Source: Heterodontus francisci (Eukaryota). From it: a DNA stretch of 64,000 nucleotides. A model generated the notes under the pieces. It saw only the letters and a program-made list of their open reading frames with translations. It ran no database searches and was not told the DNA's origin. The position numbers and the translations under genes are program-made. Of the stretch, positions 34,070-45,449 are shown one piece after another. The DNA lies in assembly GCF_036365525.1 (NCBI RefSeq), contig NC_090396.1:28434283-28498282 (forward strand), read 5' to 3'. The first letter of the stretch is position 1; every line of letters starts with the position of its first letter.

Positions 34070-35069
34070 AGTGATTTTAAAAGTCAAAAATCAAAATTTT
34101 CTTTGTATACTTTTACTGTTCTGCTAATATAGGAACATGAAGAGCATACAGGAAAATTATGTAGCCTTGTAGAAAAGAGCTGATTAAGATTACCAGAATG
34201 TTAGGAGCATTTCACATCTTTCCACAAGAAATGAAATAACCACATATATTTTTTAAAAGTCACACAACCAAAAAGAGGTTAACAATTTGTAATTTTATTC
34301 ATAAAATACATTAAAGGTCTTGTTTTTCCCTCTAATTTCCTTCCTTCCTATCCTAAAGTGACATTTTGCTTGGCTACAGTTCTTTGGGCACTGGCAAGCA
34401 CCTAGTATTTCAACCATAGAGTCATTCTTCAGATGAAGCCAGAGTTTTGGGGATCAACAACTAAACCTAACGCTGTCCTCCATCATATGCACTTTTTGTA
34501 ATAATAACGGTAGTCATTGCATAGCAATTAAATGTTGGCTTTTTTTAAAAGTTCCCCAATTGTATCAACTTTTTAGATTGAGATTAAGAATGTGTGTTTT
34601 TGTAGAGCCTATTTCAAAATTGGAAATGGAAACACTCAGAAATCAAACATTCTGAGAAACATATAATATATTTATAAAGACCCCAAAATGTCGAATTATG
34701 GACAGACACACCCAATGATGCTGTGACAAAATGGCTTTTTGCCTTTGTTCAATCTATTTATTTTTTAAATGGTATTTTAACGTAACAACCAACTATGCCT
34801 AGAAATAATCAATTAGTGCCAGAAATAGCCAATGGCAATAGATTAGACAGAGAAATAGCCCATATAACCCAAATATACAGAGAAACTAAGACCAACTATA
34901 ACTGGAAATAAATATGCCCAAAAATAATCACTAGCTACCCAGTACTAGCCATTAACCAAATATTCCCAGGAATAACAATTAACCTTCCATTCCCAGGTAG
35001 CGCCATTAACCAACTATTACCAGAAATAACCACTAGCTGCTAACTAACTTCAAGAATGACCTTTAACCA

Positions 35070-35311
35070 GCTAACCCCGGAAGTACTGAATGGAACCAAT
35101 TTGTCCCCTCGGAAACAAAACTGCTGACGTCACAAATGAACACAACCAAAACCAGTTACCGGAAGTGACGATGATGCTGGTGGGCGGGGCTGGCGGTGGT
35201 GAAGTTGTCGGAAGTGGCTCTGCTGCCGGTAGGCGGTGATGCCGGAAGTGGTGCTGCTGCCGGTGGGCGGGGCTGGCGGACGGTGTTGCTTGGGTAGTGG
35301 ATGCGCGCCAG
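35070..35311 (+). promoter_or_regulatory. ADPRM: CpG-rich ADPRM promoter and non-coding exon 1
   Basis: Four ETS/GABP (C/T)CGGAAGT sites (35077, 35159, ~35208, ~35242), two GGGCGGGG GC boxes, and a consensus donor CAG|GTGAGT at 35311/35312. Confidence 0.75.
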
Positions 35312-35839
35312 GTGAGTCAAGTGCGTCTGAGGCTGCTGCCGGCACTGGGTCGCTGGGAGCGGCTTCTCCTGCTGCTCAGAGGAGCTGGGATCAGGGCCCC
35401 ATAGACTGTGCATGTTAAGCTGCAGCATTAAATATGGAACTATGGTTGGGATATATGTATAAGTTAAATGGATCTGAATTACTAAGAGGGAATCAAGTTC
35501 AACTTCGCCGCTCCCGCATCACTGTTTAAAACCAGTTAACAAGATTGTTAATATATTTTTGTTGATTTTGGTTGGGGGGTAGGGTTCAGGCCACCAGAGA
35601 AACTCTCAGCGCATACTGCGTTCTTTAGCATCTACCAAAATGGGCAGAGAGAGTCAGGATTGTGCCTTTGTTTCTGGAGTATCCTTTGCTGTTGATGCAA
35701 ATTCCTTGAAATAAATCACAACTAATTCCTTCACCCAACAAGATAGATGTAGGGGGGGAAAGGAGACTGCAATTTTACAAACCAGGTTTACATTTTAGAA
35801 CTCTGCTTTTCTCTATCTTTTCTCCCCTGGTCTAGTCTC

Positions 35840-37710
35840 TTCCCACCTACATCTGTGACTCTTCTGACGCCCTACGTCATTTTAACAATTTCCAGTTTCC
35901 TGGCCCCAACCACCACCTCTTCACTACAGATGTCTAATCTCTCTACACCTCCATCCCCCACCAGGACGGTTTGAGGGCTCTCTGCTTCTTCCTTGAACCG
36001 ACCCCCAACCATTCTCCATCCACCACCACCACCCTTCTCTGCCTGGCTGAACTTGTTCTCACATTGAACAACTTCTCCTTCAACTCCAGTCATTTCCTTC
36101 AAGTAAAAGGGCTTGTTCTGGGTACCCGCATGGATTCTAGTTATGCCTGTCTTTTTGTGGGATATGTTAAACATTCCTTGTTCCAGTCCTACTCAGGCCC
36201 CCACCCCAACTCTTTTTTTTCCAGTACATTGATGACTGTATCAGTGCCGTTTCCTGCTCCCACCCCGAACTGGAAAACTTTATCAACTTTGCTTCCAATT
36301 TCCACCCTTCTCTCACCTTGACGTGGTTCATCTCCGACACTTGCCTTCCCTTCCCTTCCTCAACTTCTCTGTCTCCATCTCTGGCTGTCTACTAATATTT
36401 ATTATAAGCCCACTGACTCCCACAGCTACCTAGACTACACTTCACACCCTGCCTCCTGTAAGGACTCCATTCCATTCTCCCAGTTTCTCCGATTCCGACG
36501 CATCTGCTCTGATGATGCAACCTTCCATGACAGCGCTTCTGATATGTCTTCCTTTTTCCTCAACCGAGGATTCTCCCCACAGTGGTTGACAGGGCCCTCA
36601 ACTCCGTCCGACCCATTTCCCGCACCTCTACCCTCGCCCCTTCCCTTCCCTCCCAGAACCATGACGGGGTTCCCCTTGTCCTCACTTTCCACCCCACCAG
36701 CCTCCACATCCAAAGGATCATCCTGCAACATTTCTGCCACCTCCAGCGTGATGCCACTGCCAAATACATCTTCCCCTCCCCTCCCCTGTCAGCATTCCAA
36801 AGGGATGTTTCCCTCTGCAACACCCTTGTCAACTCCTCCATTACCCCCCACACCTTGCCCCTTTCCCACAGCACCTTTCCATGCAATCACAGGAGGTGTA
36901 ATACCCACCCTTTTACCTCCTCTCTCCTCACTATCCAAGGCCCCAAACACTCCTTTCAGGTGAAGTGGTGATTTACTTGTACTTTCAATTTAGTATACTG
37001 TATTCGCTGCTCTAATGTGGTCTCTACATTGGGGAGACCAAACGCAGATTGGGTGACCGCTTTGCGGAACACCTCCACTCAGTCCGAAAGCATGACCCCG
37101 AGCTTCTGGTTGCTTGCCATTTCAACACACACACCTGCTCTCGTGCCCACATATCTGTCCTGGGTTTGCTGCAGTGTTCCGGTGAACACGATAGCTCGAG
37201 GAACAGCATCTCATTTACCTATTAGGCACACTACAGCCTGCTGGTCTGAACATTGAGCTCAGTAATTTTGGAGAATGACAGGGCCCCCCTTTTTATTATT
37301 ATTTTTTCTTTTTTATTTGTTTTATTTTAGTTTGTTTCATAATTTTTTTTACCATGTGCCTACCCACTTTTTTTTTCATGTTTGTTCTTTGGGCCAGGGC
37401 TGTTCATTTTTCTGTCAATTAACACCCTCTCTGCACTAACGCTTTGTCTTTCAGCACACCATTCACATACCATTTGCCTTGGCTCCATGACCTTCTGGTC
37501 AGTTATTCTCTGTGACCCTGAGTCCTATCAGCACCTTCCCTTTTGTTATCTCTTGCCTCACCCCTGCTTTATTTGCTTAAAACCTATTACATTTCTAACA
37601 TTTGCCAGTTCTGAAGAAGGGTCACTAACCTGAAACGTTAACTCTGCTTCTCTCGCCACAGATGCTGCCAGACCTGCTGAGTATTTCCAGCATTTCTTGT
37701 TTTTATTTTA
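35840..37710 (+). mobile_element. Penelope-like retroelement (RT plus GIY-YIG), 5'-truncated and degenerate
   Basis: LAELVLTLNNFSFNSSHFLQVKG, YIDD, IPFSQFLRFRRICS, PLVLTFHP, YIGETKRRLGDRFAEHL. Confidence 0.9.
37607..37643 (+). ncRNA. Minimal type I hammerhead ribozyme motif in the PLE terminus
   Basis: AGTT-CTGAAGA-AGGGTCACTAACCT-GAAAC-GTT^-AACT: CUGANGA core, stem II, GAAA, palindromic ACGT stem III, stem I AGTT/AACT. Confidence 0.65.
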
Positions 37711-37975
37711 CATTTTAGCACTGTTCTGGCAAACTTGCTATCTTTGCCCAGGTAGTAACAGTTGACTTCATTTTCCCCCTCCCTGTGGACAGCACTTTGC
37801 AGCTGCTTAGCATTGCTTAATTGCCTGCCCCAAGATCACAAAACCAGCACAAAGCCATGCTCTATGATCACGTTACTAAAGAACCAGTCTGCCCCCCCTG
37901 CTCCCTTGTACTACTGCCAGTAGCCTGACTTATACTAAATCCAGATTACTGTTTTCACTTACCTCTTTTTTTTAG

Positions 37976-38619
37976 ATGGTGCACATGTATAAGTGAAATA
38001 TTTAAAAGAATGGAGACTGAAGTAGCCAAAAACAACCTGTATTTTACTTTTGGAGTAATAGCAGACATTCAATATGCTAATACAGAGAATGGCTTTAACT
38101 ATTCAAGGACAAGAGAACGTTACTATAGGAACAGCCTCCACTTGCTGCGCAATGCTGTCAAAGTATGGAATGAAGAACCTATCACCCCCAGGTTTATTCT
38201 GCAGCTTGGTGATATCATTGATGGATGCAATTCACAGCTAAAGTCCTCAGATGATGCGCTACAAGTGGTAATAAATGAATTTGCAAACTGTACATCTCCA
38301 GTGCACCATATCTGGGGAAACCATGAATTTTATAATTTTGACAGGGAGGTATTACTTAAATCAGCTCTCAATAGCAAGTACCTGGGAAATGACAAGTCCT
38401 CCGATAACACGGACAGCAGCGTTAAGACAGACTTGGACCCTGATGATGCAGAGGGGTTTTATGGCTACCATTTTAGCCCTTTTCCTAAATTCCGCTTCAT
38501 ATTAATTGACCCATACGATCTCAGCATTCTGGGAAGGAAGAAGACCAGCAAAAAATACCATGATTCAATGCAGAGACTGAAATCAAACAACAGAAATGAA
38601 AACCTTAATAGCCCCAGAG
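37976..38619 (+). CDS. ADPRM: ADPRM copy 1 exon 2 (ATG at 38010)
   Basis: Acceptor ttttttttag|ATG at 37975/37976; donor AGAG|gtaaac. Confidence 0.95.
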
Positions 38620-41600
38620 GTAAACCGTTATTTTATTATCAACTTGTCATGTAATTTTGGTTTTACCTTGTGTGCACTTCCTGTCAACTTTTTACATTTA
38701 TTTAAAAAAACAAGTCTCATTGCCACATTGAAAATGGAACAGTCTATGTAAAATTTGTCTTATAATTACACACTTCCCCTCTGGGAGGTGCTGCATGACA
38801 ATGTTAGCAGGAGAATGAAATTGCTCTAACTAGTTTATAGAGACAGTTCCCATTATAAACGTGGGCATAGGAACTTACAATGGAAATATATAATATGAGA
38901 ACAGAATGAATATGATTTTTAAAGTGGGGACTGGTTTATATTTGCACCTTCTGATCTAATAATCTCCACCCTCTACCCCTACCTCCCCTCAATACTGCAC
39001 AGACTTGACTCTCCACAGGAAATGCCACAGAAGGTTGACTAGTATTATCTAACAATGTGATTAGGTTGCAGCAGTTTAGTACCAGCTTCCCTACCTGCAA
39101 ATTGTCTACCTATTGGGCTGAAGGCTGCCCCAGAGAATGGGAAGGAAAATTATAGTGAAGCACCTGGAGATGCTTCCTTGGTTCGACCTTAGAAAAGCAT
39201 AGGCACCTAGCATAGAATAATACTATTATGAAGTAGACATGGAAAATAAGAAAATAAAATTAGTTCATGAATGCCAGAATAATGTCCTAATTTTTTTTAA
39301 AAACCTAATACCTGTCAATTAACCAATCTCTACTTTGTATGTGCAGTGTACATCGTTCTTGGTTTGTAGACATAAAGGTCATTAGTTTTTCCTTCATTTA
39401 ATCCTTTCAGTAGGACAAACCCCTGTTTGGGGTTGTACAAGATTTGCCCATGAATTTGCATTGAAAACCTATATTTCTTCTTCATGTAGGTCTCTTTAAT
39501 TTTCATAGTCATTACAATTGTTCATGTCTGTTAATAAAATGCTTACAAAAGCACATCTGATAGAAACTTTTAAAAATTATGTGTAGAATGGTAACTACCT
39601 AAAAGGATTGAAACCCAATTGAAGGATTCCGATCCGATTGGAAACTACAAACAAAGTTTGAATGATTTAAGAATTTATTTCAAAACCCAGAATTGAACTA
39701 CAGCTGTATCAACCTGCCCAGTAGTCGTAGCATTGACCACAATATAAAGCAGTCCCAGAATTAATATTAACTGGTATACGGCATCAATTTGGGTTTGGAG
39801 AATAGTAGTATAATTAATCAATTTCCATAATGTGTAATCCTAACAGAAATGTTGTTTGAAATATTTTCTGTCAGAATTCAATTATTAGCTTTGTTTACAA
39901 AACGCACAAATAGCAAAAGAAATGTAAAAATTGGTACAAATGCAAGGATATGTATTAAAAATAGAGAATTTTAGTAGCATTGCTGTAGTGAATCAGTGCG
40001 AATTGAAAATTTATTCATTCCATATTTTTAACTGACAGGTCTCACTGGACTGAATTTACGCTTTACAGGGTTTAATGGAGGTTTCAGTCAAGAGCAGCTG
40101 GAATGGCTGAACAAAATACTCACTCTCTCTGATAATAACCAAGAAAAGGTTACAGTCATTGGTAAGTAATGATGTGTCATCTGTCATATTAGGTGTTAAA
40201 CCAAGGTCCTATCTGCCTGTCATGGATACAAAAGATTCTGTGGCAGTATTCAAAGAAGAGCAACCTTGCTCTCATGCTGACGTTACTATCCTCAGCCTCC
40301 TGAAGTTTTCCACTGAATCTCAACATAAGCTCAAGGAACTGCCCCTCATCTTTTGATTAGGCACTTTACAGCCTTCTGGACTCAAATGCCCCCATGTTGT
40401 TTCCTTTTCCTTTGCAGATTGTGGTTTTAATCTTGTTTTTCTCTTGTTTTTGTGTTCAGATGCCAGCTGTTCTTCATTCAGCCATTCACACCTCCTCTAG
40501 ACACATCTTTTGTTTCTTTGGCCCAGCACCACCAACTCTTTTGTCATTTAATCTCTCCTGCCTTCCACCCTATCACAGACCTTCCCTTCTGTTCTTTTTC
40601 CATACTAACCCCTTTCACTTGCTTATAACCTATTACATGGCTTGGCCATGTGAGCCGCATGAAAGATGGCAGGATCCCCAAAGACACATTGTACAGCGAG
40701 CTCGCCACTGGTATCAGACCCACCGGCCGTCCATGTCTCCGCTTTAAAGACGTCTGTAAACGCGACATGAAATCCTGTGACATTGATCACAAGTCGTGGG
40801 AGTCAGTTGCAAGCGTTCGCCAGAGCTGGCGGGCAGCCATAAAGACGGGGCTAAAATGTGGCGAGTCGAAGAGACTTAGTAGATGGCAGGAAAAAAGGCA
40901 GAGGCGCAAGGGGAGAGCCAACTGTGCAACAGCCCCGAAAAACAAATTTCTCTGCAGCACCTGTGGAAGAGCCTGTCTCTCTAAAATTGGCCTTTATAGC
41001 CACTCCAGGCGCTGCTTCACAAACCACTGACCACCTCCAGGCGCGTATCCAGTGTCTCTCGAGATAAGGAGGCCCAAAAGAAACCTATTACATTTCTAAC
41101 TTTTCCCAGCTCTGATGAAAGGTCATTGACCTGAAAAGTTAACTCTGTTTCTCTCTCTACAGATGCTGCCTGACCTGCTGAGTACTTCCAGCATTTTCTG
41201 TTTTTATTTAGGGAGTCAAAATATCCTCCTTCATTCCATCCCTTGTATGTAATATTGGCCAGGAAGACATCATACTCATGCTCTTATCACAAGAGACTTA
41301 CAATAATGGGAGCTGCACCTACATTTGCATTGCCTTGATCTCACTTATATTGATCATTGTGCTGATACTTGGTTTCATTAAGATTTAATCTTGAACCCTT
41401 TATACCATGTTAGACCATTCCCCTGGAGGAATTACCTAGAAAAAAAGATGCAAATATTGGAAGAGAAAGCTAGGTTAATATTTCAGAGGTTACCATTCCT
41501 TAATAATTTGAATGTTCCAGGGAAGTGTTAGACACAAGACATTAAAGTGACTCTCCTTTGAACTTTTTGCACATTCTATTTTAAGTTTACCTCTTCCTTA

Positions 41601-43516
41601 TGTAATCACACATTTGATTACTTTTCCATGAAATAAAGTTTTCCTTTTCTTCATTATTTTCATTCAAAATTTATTGTGAATTGATGCATTATAATTTCTA
41701 TCTTGTGATTAATATCAGTTACAAAATAATTTTTGTGAACGTATATATGCATTTATATACAACCTTATCACATCCTCAGGATTCCCTAAAGTACTTTTCA
41801 ACCAATGGATTACTTTTTGAATATAACAAGGTTCAACAATTGAATGATCAGATCATCTGTTTTTGGTTGCGTCGGTTGAGGAAGAAAATGTTGGCAAGAC
41901 ACCAGGAAACTCCCTGCTGTTCTTTGAATATGCCGTGCAATCCTTTGCATCCACCTGAGCAGGTAGATGGGACTTGGTTTAACATCTAATATGACAGACA
42001 ACACATTCAACAATGTAGCTCTTCAATGGTGCACTGAAGTGCCAGCCTAAATTAACTGATCATGTCTGTAGTGGGGCTTGAATCCAGAACTAGAGGTGAG
42101 AGTGCTATCCAGTCTTCTGACTTGGGCAAGAGTGCCAGCAACTGAGCCTAGCTGATACTTAAAATGTATGCACAAGTATTTAAAACTACATTACAAGGAC
42201 TTCACAAAAAAAAATTGCAGGTCCACTATCTGGTATGTGTAGTTACGTTTAGAAACAAATCTCAAATCCATACAGCCATTCAGCAATTAAGAAAAAGACC
42301 ATCTTTCATTTCCATAGAGAGAATTGGAGAGTTTGCTGAGGAAATCTTTTTAATTGCTGAGAGTACCGTTTGCTGTCTTCCACTTGACTTTATCAGTTTG
42401 ACAGTGCCCTTATTTCAGCTCATAATCTAGGATGGCAATCCTGAAGGAGTGCTGTGCCATTGCAGTTGCCATCTTCAGTGTAACATCTCATCCAAGTCAC
42501 TTGTACCTGTTCGTTAGTTTGCTGCTAGCAAAAGCAACTGAACACTTCTGGGCACTATGTTACATGAATGACATTGTAAATGTCTTTGTGAAATTTCCTC
42601 CAGTATTTTTAGCAAATGTGTAATTTGCTGATTTTTTTTTTTTCCTTTTGATGTCAGTTTATTATCTTTATCTGCCATTCATCTTATAGGCCAATTAGAC
42701 TACAAAGTTTGCACCAATGCAAAGCAACTAGATCTTCATGTTGATGCAGGATATGTAGTATTAGTCAAGCATAAAGTCACCTATACTAGGGTTCTTAATT
42801 TTAGCAATTGATACCTTAGGAACTTGATATTATAACTTGAGCTTCATTTAAAAATTTTCTAATGTTAACAGACTCTCCTGTTGTTTCCCTGCGAACATTA
42901 AAATTAAACCAGGATTTGCATGATGTGCATGGGAAGCAGAGACATGCAGAGTTCTGTTTACTGTTATTTAGAGAGATGCATAGTCCTGTACAAGTGTTCT
43001 GTCAGCTCTTTGTTGCTCTACTGGTCTCGCATTGGTACCTGTAATATAGTTGCACCCTTATCTTATAGGTTATTGTTTTACCTGGTTTGACTGAAGTACT
43101 AAAAGATGGATAGAGTGGATTTGTTGCTTTCTACTTTGATTAGGCATTGAGCAATATAACATGTATCTATTTTAGGAAGGGGGTAAGATGATGTAATTGT
43201 AAACTGTTTTCTTAATGCAGGTCATCTTCCTGTCCACCCATATTCTACAGATCCAATGTGCATTGCCTGGAACTATGATGAGATCCTCTCAGTATTGTAC
43301 GCACACGGTAGTGTAGTGTGTTTTCTGGCAGGACACGATCACGATGGTGGCTACTACTTGGACGATCATGGAATTCACCATGTTACCTTTGAAGGTGTGA
43401 TCGAAACATCACCAGAGAGCCATGCATTTGGTACCATTCATGTATATGAAGATAGAATGATCTTAAACGGAAGGGGCAGGATTCCTGAGAGAATTCTATA
43501 CTACAGAAAAACATAA
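38010..43516 (+). CDS. ADPRM: ADPRM, Mn2+-dependent ADP-ribose/CDP-alcohol diphosphatase, copy 1; join(38010-38619,40039-40161,43221-43516), 1029 nt, 342 aa
   Basis: Metallophosphoesterase motifs IADIQ, QLGDIID, WGNHE, FNGGFS, GHLP, CIAWNY, GHDHDGG, EGVIE; GT-AG phase-1 introns; open frame to TAA. Confidence 0.95.
40039..40161 (+). CDS. ADPRM: ADPRM copy 1 exon 3 ([41 protein letters not shown])
   Basis: Acceptor ctgacag|GT, donor G|gtaagt. Confidence 0.95.
40258..41208 (+). mobile_element. Penelope-like terminal fragment (hammerhead-like motif at 41108-41144) interrupted by an RTE
   Basis: Homologous to 37200-37710; CTGATGA-A-AGGTC-ATT-GACCT-GAAA at 41112-41136. Confidence 0.7.
40639..41081 (+). 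mobile_element. RTE/BovB-like LINE, short 3' copy
   Basis: ORF 40650-41030 nearly identical to the C-terminus of ORF 8765-10780; TSD AACCTATTACAT at 40627-40638 and 41082-41093. Confidence 0.93.
43221..43516 (+). CDS. ADPRM: ADPRM copy 1 exon 4 (coding part)
   Basis: Acceptor taatgcag|GT; GHLPVHP...MCIAWNY...GHDHDGGY...YYRKT*. Confidence 0.95.
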
Positions 43517-44139
43517 ATGACTAGACTTCTATGTTATAATCTAGTGTGGCTCAGTGACCTCTATCACATGACGCTGTGTACTTTCCTGGCAAATGTTGCA
43601 ATCAGTTGCACACCCTTTGCCTTGCATTTTTTGTTGTAATTTTATTAATCAAACTGAAATGACAGAGCAATGCAGTGGTATGGGAAAATATAATCCAAAG
43701 GAGTAAATCTGAGGATGAAAAAAGAACTTAAATGGCAAATTTCTACTGAAGATTTGCACCCAGTCTCAAAATCTGACAGTGGTTGAAAATTTAAACCCAT
43801 AGTGAAGAATTGTGCACCTAATGACAAGGTAAACTATTATCTCTGGAATTTTGACTTTATTAAATTGCTTTGCTTGTGCATGGTATTATTCATCTGTACC
43901 CTTTCATTTTATCATGCCCTTATGATGCAGTTCGAACCAGCTGTTACTAAATTATATCAGCTGTTAAGTTAATATATGTGAACACAGTGAACCCTTGTTA
44001 GTAACAAATTTCTTGTTTCGATCACCTTTTAATCAGGTGCACAATATTTAGTAAAAGAAAATTTGCTGAAGTTGAGTGATCGTATTACCTTAACACAGGT
44101 AACAGAGAAGGTTGATCAAGGTACTGCAGTAGATCTATA

Positions 44140-44790
44140 TATGAACAAAGAACAGTATAGCACAGGAACAGGCCATTCGGCCCTCCAAGACTGCGCTGAT
44201 CTTGATGCCTGTCTAAACTAAAATCTTCACTTCTGGGGACCGTATCCCTCTATTCCCATCCTATTCATGTATTTGTCAAGATACCTCTTAAACGTCGCTA
44301 TTGTACCTGCTTCCACCACCTCCCTCGGCAGCAAGTTCCAGGCACTCACCACCACCTTGCCTCGCACATCCCCTCTAAACTTTGCCGCTCGCACCTTAAA
44401 CCTATGTCCCCTAGTAACTGACTGTTCCACCCTGGGAAAAAGCTTCTGACTATCCACTCTGTCCATGCCATTCATAACTTTGTAAACCTCTATCATGTCG
44501 CCCCTCCACCTCCGTCGTTCCAGTGAAAACAATCCGAGTTTATCCAACCTCTCCTCATAGCTAATGTCCCCCAGACCAGGCAACATCCTGGTAAACCACT
44601 TCTGTACCCTCTCCAAAGCCTCCACATCCTTCTGGTAGTGTGGTGACCAGAATTGCATGCAATATTCTAAGTGTGGCCTAACTAAGGTTCTGTACAGCTG
44701 CAGAATGACTTGCCAATTTTTATACTCTATGCCCCGACCAATGAAGGCAAGCATGCCGTATGCCTTCTTGACTACCTTATCCACCTGATA
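44140..44790 (-). mobile_element. CR1 3' fragment inside an older plus-strand CR1 (~44050-45450)
   Basis: ORF 44227-44817 ([25 protein letters not shown]); host ORF 45170-45469. Confidence 0.85.
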
Positions 44791-45449
44791 AGGATATGGA
44801 TTGAAGGCATTCGACAAAGTGCCACATAGAAGGCTTATTAAAAAGAGGGAAGTAGCGATATGAATACAGAATTTGTTCAGTGACGGGGAACAGAAGATAC
44901 TGGTTGATGGTGTTTTTCAGATTGGGAGTGGGTTTTTTTGGTGTTCCCATGGGCCAATTTTGGGTGCATAACTCTTTCTAATTTTTATAAACAACCTAGA
45001 CTTTGTGTGTAGGGAGCAGACATCAGTTTGGTGAAATGGGCAGAAGCATACATGATGGATTTAATGCAGAAAAATGTGAAGTGGTGAACTTTGGGAGACC
45101 TAATATATAGAGACCGTATACTATAAATGGCATATTTTTGAAAAGTGCAGATGAGCAGAAAGGATTTGTATGTGGACACCAAAGCCTAACGGTAGCAGGA
45201 GAATTGATAAGGTGGTTAAAAAAGCATATGGGTTACTTGGGTTTTTAAGTGGAGGTATAGAATATAAAAGCAAAGAAATCATGCTCGAATTTTATAAATC
45301 ACTGGTTATGCCTCAGCTGGAGCATTGTGGACGATTCTGGGCACCACATTCCAGGAAAAATATAAAGGGCTTGGAAAGGATATGGAGGAGTTTTACCAGG
45401 ATATTACCAGAGATGAGGGATGTCAGTTATGAAAAGAGGTTGGGAAAGT

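Noticed and set aside
35130-35428. ORFs across the CpG island as SCO1 exon 1
   Set aside because: Low-complexity frames expected in GC-rich promoter DNA; a better SCO1 first exon with Kozak ATG and in-phase donor exists at 31544-31714.
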